The position numbers and the translations under genes were made by a program. DNA of 63,196 bases, counting the filler, from Saprolegnia diclina VS20 (lineage: Eukaryota), in NCBI RefSeq assembly GCF_000281045.1. It is 6 parts of 2 records of this genome, joined end to end, with 100 filler letters (N's around TTAATTAATTAA, not from the genome) between each part and the next. Parts side by side here need not be neighbours in the genome. Positions count along the whole stretch, not along the records: positions 1 to 7,805 come from NW_008246071.1; positions 7,906 to 35,434 come from NW_008246071.1; 4 more parts are not named here. The stretch is one strand, 5' to 3'. The notes beneath the pieces are model-generated. The model was not told the DNA's origin. It saw only the letters and a list, made by a program, of their open reading frames with translations, and did not search any database. Below, one piece after another: positions 1 to 12,419 of this stretch (position 1 is its first letter; each line of letters opens with the position of its first letter).

Positions 1-2043
1 GTGGGTCCTGTGACGGTGCACGGCGTCGCGGCGCCGTCGTTTGACGTGACCAAGACGTACACGCCATCGTCAGTGTCGAGCAAGAGTCCGTCGCATACAG
101 GCGGTGCGTTCGGCAAGGGTTTGTGGGTGCCGACCAAGTCACCGGTCGCGGCGGCAGCTCCGGCAGTCGTCGAGACGGCAGCTCCAGTGGTTGTTGAGAA
201 GGCGGCTCCGTTCGAGGTGCCGGCTGTGGATGCAAACACTGCTGTCTACACGCTGTACTACCCAGCACAGTCGACGGCGACGTCCATGTGGTCGGGCTTG
301 TGGAGCCAACTGCCCATCGCTGGAAAGCGTGTCGGTGGCACGACGCTCGTCTCGCTCACCGTGTCGACCTCGGTCGGGCTGCTCGCGCTCTCATCTGCCA
401 GCGCTGCGGTCTCGTGGCTTGAAGGCACTGCCTCTGTGCCGGCCTCCCGTCTTGCGTGGAAGGGTCCGTACACAGACCTCCAGTCCGTCGCCCGTACACT
501 AGTGTTTACGGCGCCGAGTGACGCCGCTGGTGTCGCGTGTGTCACCGTGTCGTGGGTCGTTCTTGAAGAAGACGTCCAAGCCGTCGAAGAAGCAGTTGAA
601 GCGCAAGTCGAGCAAGAAGTGGCTCTGCCGACAGCGCTTCTCAGCGCAGCCGCGCAACGCTACACGCTCTTCTACCCCGCGACGACGACCTCGGTCTCAA
701 TGTGGCAAGGGTCGTGGAAGGGTCTTCCGGTATCGCTTCGCCACGCCGAAGACACGATTGTTGACGCCTCGTTCGCGACGGTCGATGGCACTTTGAGCCT
801 GCACACGCTGCACCCGTACATCGAATTCATCGACGGCAGCAATGACGAGCGCGTCACGCTTCTGACGCTGCGTGCGTCGATCGCCGATCTTGCCAACGCC
901 GTCGAAGACATTGTGTTCCATGCGCCATGTGCCGCCAGCGGCGTCGCCCTCATCGAGATGGACGTGGTGGTCATCGATGACGCAACGCCGTCCGTGGACG
1001 ACGATTGGCACACGGCACCGCCCGTCTCCATGTACGAGCCCAGCGTGCCGGCCGCGACGTACACGCTGTACTACCCGCCGACGCCCGACTCGTGCTTTGT
1101 CATGTGGGAAGGCGAGTGGACGCACGTGCCCATCACGCCGCTGCGGCTGCCCGACCACTGCATCCTCGAGCTCGAGCTCTCGGTGTCGAAGGGTCTCCTG
1201 TCGCTCGCCACTGGCAACGTCGATGTCGAGTTCCTCGACTGCGACGCCGAAGTGCCGACGCACCAGATCACGGTCAAGGGCAATGTGCCGGACCTCAACG
1301 ACGTGCTCAAGGACGTCGTGTACATTGCACCGAGTGACGCAGGCGGCGTCGTCACGATCGAAATGGATTACGTCATTGTCGGCCACGTCGAGGACGACGA
1401 ATTCAGTGACGACGACGACCAAGAGTTCGTCGACGTTGTGCTTCCGACGGCGTCGATGTGGGCGCAGCCCGATGCGTTTGAGGCCAAGCCGCTGCCGAGC
1501 CTCAGCATTGCGTCCATTGAGCCCGTGACGTCGCCGCGGTCGCCGGCCTGGGTCACGTCGGGCGAGTCGAATGTCGCGCTCGCGCCAATCGTGGGTACGC
1601 CCGTCTCGCGCAACGCTGCCAACACGTACGACGATGTCCCGAATCCGAACGAACCGTCGGAGCACTCATCGTTTGATAGTGCTCATGGCAGCGGCATGTG
1701 GGCACCCAAGCGCACCCCGTCGGCAGTCTCAAACGACGTGCACCAGTTGTCGCTCGACGAGTTCCTCGCCCGCGATACGAGCAAGGACGCGACGGAGGCC
1801 TCGTACGCGGCGTCCGACTCGACGTACCTGCCAGCATCCGAGTGCGACTTCATGCCGACCGTGCGGCCGATGGACCTTGAGATTGGCGGGTCGCCGTCGT
1901 CGGTCGCGACCGCCGACATTCCCATGAGCCCGCGCCCCGACACGAAGCAACGGGACTGCAAGGCCAACCGCGACTCGGTCTCCAAGAAGACGTTCTGGCC
2001 CAAGTGGCTCGTCAACGCCTTCAAGCGCAAGAAGAGCCATTGA
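1..2043 (+). CDS. Intronless hypothetical protein (5' end outside window) with three ~105-aa beta-rich repeats and a low-complexity acidic/Ser-Pro tail
   Basis: 680-codon ORF with GC3-rich codon usage. Repeats start at 247, 661 and 1060 (YTL[YF]YP...MWxGxW...G[LT]L[AS]L...DL...V[FY]xAPxxAxGV). Confidence 0.8.
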   Translation: MGPVTVHGVAAPSFDVTKTYTPSSVSSKSPSHTGGAFGKGLWVPTKSPVAAAAPAVVETAAPVVVEKAAPFEVPAVDANTAVYTLYYPAQSTATSMWSGLWSQLPIAGKRVGGTTLVSLTVSTSVGLLALSSASAAVSWLEGTASVPASRLAWKGPYTDLQSVARTLVFTAPSDAAGVACVTVSWVVLEEDVQAVEEAVEAQVEQEVALPTALLSAAAQRYTLFYPATTTSVSMWQGSWKGLPVSLRHAEDTIVDASFATVDGTLSLHTLHPYIEFIDGSNDERVTLLTLRASIADLANAVEDIVFHAPCAASGVALIEMDVVVIDDATPSVDDDWHTAPPVSMYEPSVPAATYTLYYPPTPDSCFVMWEGEWTHVPITPLRLPDHCILELELSVSKGLLSLATGNVDVEFLDCDAEVPTHQITVKGNVPDLNDVLKDVVYIAPSDAGGVVTIEMDYVIVGHVEDDEFSDDDDQEFVDVVLPTASMWAQPDAFEAKPLPSLSIASIEPVTSPRSPAWVTSGESNVALAPIVGTPVSRNAANTYDDVPNPNEPSEHSSFDSAHGSGMWAPKRTPSAVSNDVHQLSLDEFLARDTSKDATEASYAASDSTYLPASECDFMPTVRPMDLEIGGSPSSVATADIPMSPRPDTKQRDCKANRDSVSKKTFWPKWLVNAFKRKKSH

Positions 2044-2577
2044 GCCGCCATCCAAAGGACCTGCTCTGGCTACGATCGCAGTAGTTTAGAAGCAGCCACC
2101 CGTGGCGTACCTACCAAAACACTATAATGGCAAGCCTGTATGTTTGTATACAGCGAGGCTGTTAACGTTGTTCGTCCGGTCGCGACTAACAGGGGTACAT
2201 AACTTGCTACTAGGAAGCTCCATACGACTAAGCTGAGACCCTAAAGAGAATGTCGAGGTTAGGGCTTTCTAACCTAACCCCAGGCGAGCGTGTGAACTCT
2301 GCTGCTACGCAGGTGCACCACAGCAAGTGCCCGGACCCTTGCCTCGACCAAATGCTCAACTCGTCAGGTATGGCAAGGCTCAAGCTCATGCTGTGAGACT
2401 CGTCGTTCCGCATCAGCACTCGCAAGTACCATATTTGCCGGGACATCAGCCATCGCTCACCCTTACACCCTTCTACCCTCCTATCGATAGGCTCTATTTA
2501 CTGCCTTATGACGATGTAGACGGGATTCGTACAAAAGGTATTTAGATAGTTGTTGATAGATTAGAAAGGCGGTGCGT

Positions 2578-3585
2578 CTACTGGCTCATGACACGGGCCG
2601 TCGGCGGCGCAATGTGCTGCGACATACTCTCGAGCGGCCGCTTTGTGCACCAAAACATCTCGACGAGGCAAGGAAGGTCGACGTATTTCTGGCCGCCGTC
2701 GTACGTGACCTTGGCCCGCGACTCGATGAGGCGTCCGATCGACAGCCGAATGTCGGTTTGCTTGCGGTGCGGTAGACTCTCGACTACGCTCAGCGTCAAG
2801 AGGTACTCGACGACCGCGTCGACCGTCGTTGTGTGCACGATCGGAATGCGAAGCGACTCGAGCGGAGTGAACAAGTGCGTCTTCTCGACAAAGCAGTCGT
2901 GGAGTCGACGCGCCTCGGACGTGGCCTCTTCGGGCTTGAGGATGTTGAACGACTTGAGGATCTTGTCGACTTCGTGCATAAAGGGCGTCTCGGAGAGGTC
3001 GACGCTGTTCCAGACGACGCTTAGCCGGCCGTTGGGTACGAGGATCCGGTGAAACTATCGACACAGCACACACGTGAGCATAATAAGGAGTCGACGCGGC
3101 AAGCGGTGCGTACTTCGTCGAGCGTGTTGCGCTCGGCAGCGCACTGGATCGCTTGGCCGACCGTGATGTTGCCGACCGACTCGGACGGGAGGCGCGTGCT
3201 GCTCGAGCTGCCTTCGATCACGGGAATGCTTGGAAACGCGGTCTGGAATTCAGACCGCATCGCGACCGACGCTTCGACGGCGGCGAGCGTCGTGTGGGCG
3301 GGCAGCAACCGCTGCAGCGCCCGCGTGAGCTTGCCCGAGCCCGCGCCAACGTCGACGACATCATACAGCGGCTTCTTGCGCGGGTCAGTCTCGAGGTGCA
3401 GCACCTTCTTGAGTGGTGCCATCGCGCTGCTCGGGTAGTCGGGCCGAGCTACGAGCCATGATTCAGCTACCATGCCTCTGGACAGCGCGTCTACCTTGGT
3501 CGTAGATGCTCGTGGCCGGCGAGCCCATCGAGGACGCGGGGCGGGCGAAGCGCGTCGAAGTAGCCTTGATGTATTGCTTGTACAT
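2578..3585 (-). CDS. Class I SAM-dependent methyltransferase (Methyltransf_11-like), spliced
   Basis: Spliced N-terminus MYKQYIKATSTRFARP...YDQ|ARPDYP, motif I VVDVGAGSGKLT, VEAS and ITVGQA. GT-AG introns join the frames. Confidence 0.8.
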
Positions 3586-4401
3586 GGAGCAGGTCGCGGC
3601 GAAATCGGCACTGGTCGACGTCGGAGCACCTCACCCAATTTGACGTCCGTGGTGCCAGCGTTTGACGTGCAACGCGACATGCGGCGCACCTCGTTAATTT
3701 CCCGTCGCTTCAAGTTGCCTTTTGGGGTCTTCATCATGTGACATCGGGAAAAGATCGACACTCGTTAATGGTCCAGCAAAGGACGTCGCTCGTTGGTTGA
3801 AGTTTTACGTGACGTCAGCCCGTCGACGACGGTGGCCTGCGAGCGCACCAATCACAATGCGCCAAAGAAAAAGGATGACCATACAAATGCGCACGACTTC
3901 GAACTTCGAGGATCACGCGATCTTTCCTTTGGACACGCCAAGCAGAGCTCTCTGGCGCGCGCGAGGCTCCCTCAAGCACATGTACGAGCTCCCTAGTACG
4001 AGACCTCTACACCTCGATCAGTACTATTACCTGTACCTGCAGGCGCCTCTGTGACACGCCTCAAGAGGGCAAGAGATCAAGACTGCGCTTGCCCAGCTTC
4101 GTTGTCGCCCAAATTTCCCATCTCTATTCAGTATGGTATCCTCGAGTAGCCACCCCGGTTTCCTTGACCTTCGAGAACGAGCTCTTGGGAGACACCCTTG
4201 GAGATCCATAGTGGCGCCAGATCAATGCGTCGGTCGCCACTGGAGCCAGAACATATCTGACGTTGGCCTGTCGGGAGCAGGCTGGGTCGGACCATTGTGC
4301 CCCGGGTCACGCAAGTTCATTTATCCGGATGCCGGATACGAGGCAGCAATGGCGAGATTTGGGTTGACGACCAAGTTGCTTTGCTTTGCCCGACCTCTGC
4401 G

Positions 4402-5165
4402 ATGGAGCTCCCTCTCGAAGTTGCCGTCATGCGGAAGCGGCTCAACCTGCTGCTGCTCGTCAATGGCGTACGTTGACCATGGCCTTGGGCTCTGCAAGGC
4501 GACAGCGTCGTATGCGTAGGCGATTGCAGTCTTGACGACGATAGCGACGCTCTTTGAGCTCGCGCGCACGGGCGGCATCACGTCGCTCTTGACGAGCGCC
4601 ACGTACATTTTGTACACGTTCTCGGCCATCTTTATGCTCAACAACAACCCGTCAGCCTTTACGGTAATCGCGCCATTCTCCTCGGCTCGGCGCTCATGCT
4701 CGCTCCTAGATTGGCATGCTCATCGGCTCGTCCGGGCTCGTAGTCATTCTCGCGTTCGAGCACATGCTCTACTGGGTACTGCGACGACGACCTTAGGCCG
4801 ACTGCATAGATCCTCATGTATCTCTGTAGACGATATCGTCGTGCCGCCATGGCTACGCAGCCGACATCTTCCTCTCGCTCTTCCACTGCATCTTCTTCCT
4901 CCTCTCGGCGCTCTTCTCCTTTACCGTCTTCAAGCACCGCCATGTACTCATCGATACGAGCGCAGGTACGAACGACAACTGCTTGACGACACGCTCATGC
5001 GGACTAGTGTACTATGATACTATTCCCGAAGGCATGACGCCCCGCTCGCCTGGCGCGCTCGACTACGACGAGGAAGACGCGCGCGGTCGGCTCTCGTCGA
5101 ACGCGTCGTCGTACGACTCGCACGGGTCGCTGCCGTCGCCGTCCGTGCCGACCGCCGACATTTGA
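4402..5165 (+). CDS. Small multi-pass membrane protein, spliced
   Basis: Hydrophobic exons (NLLLLVNG|AIAVLTTIATLF; TYILYTFSAIFML; IFLSLFHCIFFLLSALFSFTVF) and a Ser/Asp-rich last exon ending PTADI*. Confidence 0.6.
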
Positions 5166-5203
5166 ATCCATTTAAAAAGCGACCGAAGCTTTTTTCATGC
5201 TTT

Positions 5204-6715
5204 TTATTCGCGCTGCAAAAGCATCTCCATCGTACTGTGGACCCATGGACCTCGAAACGACGCGTCAGTGGCCGACGCCGGCTTGTCCGTCCCGAGTGTC
5301 AACAGCTACGTTGATTCATAGGCTCAAGTAGACCTAAAGAATCATCGGCGCACCTCTTGGTCCGTGTCTTGGGACGCCACGACATGGTCCATGAACGTCA
5401 TCGGGTCCTGTGTGAACTGCGTCATCCATTCATGGCGCGTCACGTGGCGGTTGATTTCCCGCACAATGCTATCAATCTACATTGGACACTTTGTCTGCGA
5501 TGACGCGGCCGTTGAGATATGCACCTTGGTCTGGAGCCGGTCGGCCTCGGCCGCCGCGGCTTCGTCCAAGCGCGCACACGTCGCCAAGCACGTCTTGCGC
5601 ACGCGGTCGAGGTCGTCGCACAGCGGAATCTACATTGGTACATCAGTAACGAGCATGCCCAACAAGACAGCATCGTACTTCGACATGGAAGCGCTGCTCG
5701 TCGATGACGAGATTTTCTTGGAGTGTGCCGAGCCTAAGGACATTCAACTGTGTCAGGATGACATGCCCAGGTAGTCGGACGTACGGCAGCTGGTACTCGG
5801 CCGTGAACGGCAGCGTCGGCGTCAAATGCTTTTGGAGCTGCGCCGCGAGCGACTGGAACGGCATCTCTTTGCACTCAAACACGCGCTCGAGCGCGTCGTC
5901 GTTCACGATGACGCGGCAGTCGTCGATGTGCAGGAGGTCCTTCATCTTGATATAGTCCCACGCCGCCTTGAGCACGTCCTGGCGCGTCTGGGCCTCGGGC
6001 GATGCGTGCGCCAGATGCGGCGCCAGCGCAGCAAACAAGTCGGACGAGAGGTTGAAGCGCTCGGGGGAGAGCTGCCGCACGAGCTGGAGTCGCAGCGTGT
6101 GCTCCGAGACACCCGCTTTGCCCGGGCGCGTCACTTCAAACCCGTCCGACTCGTCACCTGAGCGGAACGACGACCACTGCATTCGCGATGAGGACGCTGC
6201 AATGGCGGAAGATGGTGTTACCTCGGTCGTCGTGTTGGGCTGCGGGTACATGCGCTCGTCCAGCTCGACGATGGCCTTGCGGAAGAAGTGCGAGAACGTC
6301 TTGGAGCACGGTAAGCCACCTTCGATCGACGCCTGCACGCGAAAGGTCCATTGCCCCGCGTTCTTGTCGCTTGCAGTGTCGGCGACGATCGCGCTCGGGT
6401 CGTGCGAGTACGTCATTGTCACCACGAGCGTGGCCTTGGTCATCTACACACAAGAGCATCGGCGAAAGCACTTGTGGCGCTGGCTACCTTTGGCGGTGCT
6501 TGCGCGAGCGCCTCGAGCCGCCGAAGGTTGCGGTGGATGGTGCCCGAGACGTGGTCGTCCATGGCCTTGAGCTGCTTCAGCGTCGCATACTGCTCGGGGT
6601 CAACCGAACCGACCTACGCTCCATGAGATGCTGCCATGGGTGCCATGGGCCATGGGCGCACCTCGCGAAGCAGCGCGACCGCCCTCCGCTTGCGGCTGCT
6701 GCTCTCCTCGGCCAT
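5204..6715 (-). CDS. SMARCD: SWI/SNF subunit SMARCD/BAF60/Swp73-like, SWIB domain (complete copy)
   Basis: WTFRVQ, FSHFFRKAIVELD, DGFEVTRPG, TRQDVLKAAWDYIKMKDL (SWIB) and a C-terminal WMTQFTQDPMTFM. Introns traced from ATG 6715 to TAA 5204. Confidence 0.85.
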
Positions 6716-6784
6716 CGCACCTGGTTTCCGTAATCCGGAAACACATAAATATTATCCGGACCTCCGTCTTGCAGTTTCGCGCAA

Positions 6785-7805
6785 ATGGCCGAGCCCGCGG
6801 ATACGACGGGGCTCCTCGAGCAGACGACCGCGGACCCGCGGAAGCATGGCGGACGATCTTCGCCGACGCATGGACTCTGCTGCGTGAGGTCGATGCAGGG
6901 AGTATGCTGTGGCTGGTCGACGCATGGCGGTTCCTGCGCGAGCATGCAGCTGGTCGCGAAGGGGCTGCAGCTCCTCGAGCGGTCTCGGGTCCTGCACCTT
7001 GCCGCGCTGGGCCTGCGCCCCCGGCCGCAGCACCTGCCCAAGCCTCGCGACGGTCTTCTTCTCCATACGTACATCCCGCAGATACGCATTCTTGGCACCG
7101 ACGCGCTTCGGAACGACCCGATGGTGGTGCACCCGATCGTGCTTGTCCATCTCGTCGACGTCTCGACGGGCTGCTACCTCATGAAGTTCGACCGTCAACG
7201 ACCAGGTGTCCATGCGCTAGAGCCCGTGACGATGCTCCAGGGCGCGCTCAAGAAGCATACGATGTGCGACTACATCTTGCCGATCGCGACGCAGCCGTGT
7301 CCCTTGTCACCCAACGGCCAAGGTAGAGTTCGGCTGCCCCTACGATGGCATCCACCCCGCGCTAGACAACCCAACGTGGAACGAACTCCTGCTCGTCAAC
7401 GACGCCTACTCGCATTATCTCCGGCCCGAGACGCTCCTGCTGTTTGAGGTGGTCGACTTTACGCCGCAAACGAGTCTGCTCCCGGTACCTAGCTTCCTAC
7501 ACACTTTGTTAGCTTGGAACTTGGCGTTATCTAGGGCAATGCGAGCTATTACACGGTCGCGTGGGGCTTTTGCCGACCGCAGAGTCCACTCGGCAGCTAC
7601 AACATTCCTCTCGCGCCCGACGAGACGACGACCCATCGCATTCAGCTGTACGAGTACCAGCCAACGTCGTGGCTCATCGACACGCAGACCAAGCGCATGC
7701 GACCAGACACGAATGCGCCGCCCCAACCACCCGTGTACTTTCAGTATCTACGCTATCGGCGGCAGTCGTACCCGTGCACGCTCCACGTCTCCTTTGGCAT
7801 GCAGC
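6785..7805 (+). CDS. AHI1: Jouberin/AHI1 5' part, cut by a gap (probable second haplotype)
   Basis: HPIVLVHLVDVSTG, DYILPIATQP, PTWNELLL, LLFEVVDF, YPCTLHVS. Near-identical reverse complement of 9799-10819. Confidence 0.75.
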
Positions 7806-7849
7806 NNNNNNNNNNNNNNNNNNNNNNNNNNNNNNNNNNNNNNNNNNNN

Positions 7850-7861
7850 TTAATTAATTAA
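7850..7861. other. Artificial six-frame-stop contig linker TTAATTAATTAA inside an N run (also at 35479, 56433, 58064, 61382)
   Basis: Identical 12-mer embedded in N runs five times. Confidence 0.95.
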
Positions 7862-7987
7862 NNNNNNNNNNNNNNNNNNNNNNNNNNNNNNNNNNNNNNN
7901 NNNNNCCCTAGTCGCCCTTTCGTCTGCCACAGCAAAGCACACGCTCCATTACCAGAATATACATCAAGCGCAAACGGTGGTGTGCAG

Positions 7988-10819
7988 CTAGGCCTTCTCA
8001 GGTACAAGTGGCTGCCGCCCGTCCTGCGCCAGCAGCGTCGCCACCTACACAAGCCATCTTATCGTTCTGTATCGCAGCAAGAGATGGCCCTACATGCTCG
8101 GCAAGGCGTTTCTGGCGCCGCTGGAGATGCTGCTGATCGTTCTTCTCTTCGTCCGCCTAGTGTTTACTGTGACTGCATTGAACATGAGAGATAGAGGTGC
8201 GTACGACGGCACTGTCTTTGGTTGGAAGGTCGTCCCGGCGTGCGCCAAGGACAATGATGGGGTTGCCGCTTCCTATCAACATGATCATCCTTGCATCGGT
8301 CATTATAAAATGCAATCGGTTTACCCAGAGAGCACAGGGCCGCAATATGAGCGCTCGACGACCATGTCACGTCGCAGAGCGGGTCGCCGTAAAAGATGCC
8401 GCCCCACATCGAGCTTGGAATGCGCCGTCCGTTCAAGCTCGAGTAGAGGTACCTATGCATAGCATCTGACTACAAATGTGTATGGCTGTTTGATGTCGTA
8501 CACTGCACCGTCTTCCGAGCCGCTCGCAACAAAGCGGCCGTCGGGGCTAAACGCGCTCTTGACCATTGCCGACGTGACCTACAGCCACTAAGCAAACGCC
8601 ACCGAGCAATATTCGCACCGTCAGGCCGCTGCACCCTTTGTTCAGAACCAAGTACGAGCGCAACTCGAACTGCAGCAGCGTATTCGGCTGCGCTTGCACG
8701 AGGAGCTGGATGCGCTTGGGATGCAGCTGAAAGCTCGTGATGCATTTGCCCATCAAATCGTGGTGCTTGAGCGTCTTGACGAGCTCAAACGATGCGCCTC
8801 TACTCTCGCTTTACGATACGATTCGAGAAGCGACAAGCGGAACGTACTTGGGTTGCCACACACAAATGATACCCGCAGCGTCCCCGGAGAAGAGGCGTTG
8901 GGACTTTGGCTCGAAACGTATCGCGTTGACGCGAACTGTGTGGGCCGGGTGCAGATTGGCGATCGGCCGCCCTTGCCTACCGCCGTTTGAATATCGCAAA
9001 CCACCTCTGCGCTTCAAACCCGAGGTCCCAGAGACGAACAAACCCATCGAGCGCCCCCGTTGCGCCAAGGCGGCCTGAGCACCACTCGACGCAGTAGACA
9101 AAGTTGGGCAGTGGGTGGTAAAACGAGTGGAGCAGTGCAGGCCTACCATATTCCATGCAGTGACCTCGCATCAAAAGCTCAAAGGCTACATACGGAGACA
9201 CCTGCCAGTGCTTGGCACTACCGTCGGACGACGCGCTGAGAAGATGCTCGTCGTCCAGTGACCACGTAATGGCATAGACCAATGCTTGGTGGCCGAGCAG
9301 CACCGCCTCCTGAACGCCCGTGTCGATGTGATAGAGCCGAATCGGGTACTCGCCGTGCCGGTCGCAGCAGGCGGCGGCGAGGTGGGAGCCGGCATGCGAG
9401 AACGCGACCGATTGGCAGCCGCCGTCGCCGCTGTGGAGTCGGTGCAAGATGCGTTCCGGCACTAGACAAAACTCGCTCGGGTACCGCTTGCAGTGCACGC
9501 TGGGGAATGCCATGAGGTGCTCCTACACGACCAAAACGCGTCTTGTGAAACGTGGCTGGTACAAGAGAATACGAACGGCGCTCATGGAGAACGAGTCGCG
9601 CACGCTCGCGATGGGTAAATGCCCGCCCGACTTTGCTTGGAGCACGTGCTTCTTGTCGAGTTCCTGCAGCGGCACGTCGTCTTCGCGCTCACCGACTTCT
9701 TGCTCATGGGCAAACATGGCGCGGTGCTCCCCTACGACGCTGTAGCACATCGTAATCCAGCCGCAAGTCGCTGGTACCTTGCGTCCATGGTGGCTCGAGC
9801 TGCATGCCAAAGGAGACGTGGAGCGTGCACGGGTACGACTGCCGCCGATAGCGTAGATACTGAAAGTACACGGGTGGTTGGGGCGGCGCATTCGTGTCTG
9901 GTCGCATGCGCTTGGTCTGCGCGTCGATGAGCCACGACGTTGGCTGGTACTCGTACAGCTGAATGCGATGGGTCGTCGTCTCGTCGGGCGCGAGAGGAAT
10001 GTTGTAGCTGCCGAGTGGACTCTGCGGTCGGCAAAAGCCCCACGCGACCGTGTAATAGCTCGCATTGCCCTAGATAACGCCAAGTTCCAAGCTAACAAAG
10101 TGTGTAGGAAGCTAGGTACCGGGAGCAGACTCGTTTGCGGCGTAAAGTCGACCACCTCAAACAGCAGAAGCGTCTCGGGCCGGAGATAATGCGAGTAGGC
10201 GTCGTTGACGAGCAGGAGTTCGTTCCACGTTGGACTGTCTAGCGCGGGGTGGATGCCATCGTAGGGGCAGCCGAACTCTACCTTGGCCGTTGGGTGACAA
10301 GGGACACGGCTGCGTCGCGATCGGCAAGATGTAGTCGCACATCGTATGCTTCTTGAGCGCGCCCTGGAGCATCGTCACGGGCTCTAGCGCATGGACACCT
10401 GGTCGTTGACGGTCGAACTTCATGAGGTAGCAGCCCGTCGAGACGTCGACGAGATGGACAAGCACGATCGGGTGCACCACCATCGGGTCGTTCCGAAGCG
10501 CGTCAGTGCCAAGAATGCGTATCTGCGGGATGTACGTATGGAGAAGAAGACCGTCGCGAGGCTTGGGCAGGTGCTGCGGCCGGGGGCGCAGGCCCAGCGC
10601 GGCAAGGTGCAGGACCCGAGACCGCTCGAGGAGCTGCAGCCCCTTCGCGACCAGCTGCATGCTCGCGCAGGAACCGCCATGCGTCGACCAGCCACAGCAT
10701 ACTCCCTGCATCGACCTCACGCAGCAGAGCCCATGCGTCGACCAAGATCGTCCGCCATGCTTCCGCGGGTCCGCGGTCGTCTGCTCGAGGAGCCCCATCG
10801 TATCCGCGGGCTCGGCCAT
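7988..10819 (-). CDS. AHI1: Jouberin/AHI1-like ciliary transition-zone protein (C2-like region + WD40 repeats)
   Basis: C2-like segment followed by CKRYPSEFCLVP...GGCQSVAFSHAGSHLAAACC...YPI and WD repeats (GHQALVYAITWS...LLSASSDGSAKHW; ATGALDGFVRLWD; SAFSPDGRFVASGSEDG). Exact start and last exon uncertain. Confidence 0.85.
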
Positions 10820-11880
10820 TTGCGCGAAACTGCAAGACGGAGGTCCGGATAATATTTATGTGTTTCCGGATTACGGAAACCAGGTGCGATGGCCGAGGAG
10901 AGCAGCAGCCGCAAGCGGAGGGCGGTCGCGCTGCTTCGCGAGGTGCGCCCATGGCCCATGGCACCCATGGCAGCATCTCATGGAGCGTAGGTCGAGTCGG
11001 TCGACCCCGAGCAGTATGCGACGCTGAAGCAGCTCAAGGCCATGGACGACCACGTCTCGGGCACCATCCACCGCAACCTTCGGCGGCTCGAGGCGCTCGC
11101 GCAAGCACCGCCAAAGGTAGCCAGCGCCACAAGTGCTTTCGCCGATGCTCTTGTGTGTAGATGACCAAGGCCACGCTCGTGGTGACAATGACGTACTCGC
11201 ACGACCCGAGCGCGATCGTCGCCGACACTGCAAGCGACAAGAACGCGGGGCAATGGACCTTTCGCGTGCAGGCGTCGATCGAAGGTGGCTTACCGTGCTC
11301 CAAGACGTTCTCGCACTTCTTCCGCAAGGCCATCGTCGAGCTGGACGAGCGCATGTACCCGCAGCCCAACACGACGACCGAGGTAACACCATCTTCCATC
11401 ACCATGTCCTCATCGCGAATGCAGTGGTCATCGTTCCGCTCGGGTGACGAGTCGGACGGGTTTGAAGTGACGCGCCCGGGCAAAGCGGGCGTCTCCGAGC
11501 ACACGCTGCGACTCCAGCTCGTGCGGCAGCTCTCCCCCGAACGCTTCAACCTCTCGCCCGACTTGTTAGCTGCGCTGGCGCCGCATCTGGCGCACGCATC
11601 GCCCGAGGCCCAGACGCGCCAGGACGTGCTCAAGGCGGCGTGGGACTATATCAAGATGAAGGACCTCTTGCACATCGACGACTGCCGCGTCATCGTGAAC
11701 GACGACGCGCTCGAGCGCGTGTTTGAGTGCAAAGAGATGCCGTTCCAGTCGCTCGCGGCGCAGCTCCAAAAACATTTGACGCCGACGCTGCCGTTCACGG
11801 CCGAGTACCAGCTGCCGTACGTCCGACTACCTGGACATGTCATCCTGACACAGTCGAATGTCCTTAGACTCGGCACACTC
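9799..11880. repeat. Inverted near-identical copy of 5721-7805
   Basis: Reverse-complement match throughout, with scattered SNPs and a 3-nt intronic indel. Confidence 0.95.
10889..11880 (+). pseudogene. SMARCD: SMARCD-like copy interrupted within an exon at 11880
   Basis: Matches the complete copy until ...CGGCACACTC, then switches to unrelated AT-rich sequence. Confidence 0.65.
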
Positions 11881-12419
11881 TGTCGTGCTGCACATCTTTG
11901 CGAAATCAAGTGCATATCAAGCAACAAGCTACTTCAACATTCAACATTGAAGATCATGGTTCATAGGATAGCAAATGTAAAACTGAATTACTTTTGTTAT
12001 CCTATGAATCTAGCAAGCTTTCAAGTTTAACTTCAACTACTGNNNNNNNNNNNNNNNNNNNNNNNNNNNNNNNNNNNNNNNNNNNNNNNNNNNNNNNNNN
12101 NNNNNNNNNNNNNNNNNNNNNNNNNNNNNNNNNNNNNNNNNNNNNNNNNNNNNNNNNNNNNNNNNNNNNNNGACACATGGTTGTCACGTCAAAGTTGCGT
12201 AAGTTGTCGCTATCAAACGATTTTTGGCGCCAACCTTTGCATTTATTCCCTAACGCAGCTCGTAGATGGAGTTGTCGACGGCGCAGCAACAACAAGCTCA
12301 CTCTGTAGTCTTCTCAGGGCACCAACAGCGAGCCGCACACCCAGGAGATCGTAGTCCTTGGGTAGTACTCGTAGTAAAAGCACTCGTCGTTATAATCAAA
12401 TCCTGACCTTATTCCTATT

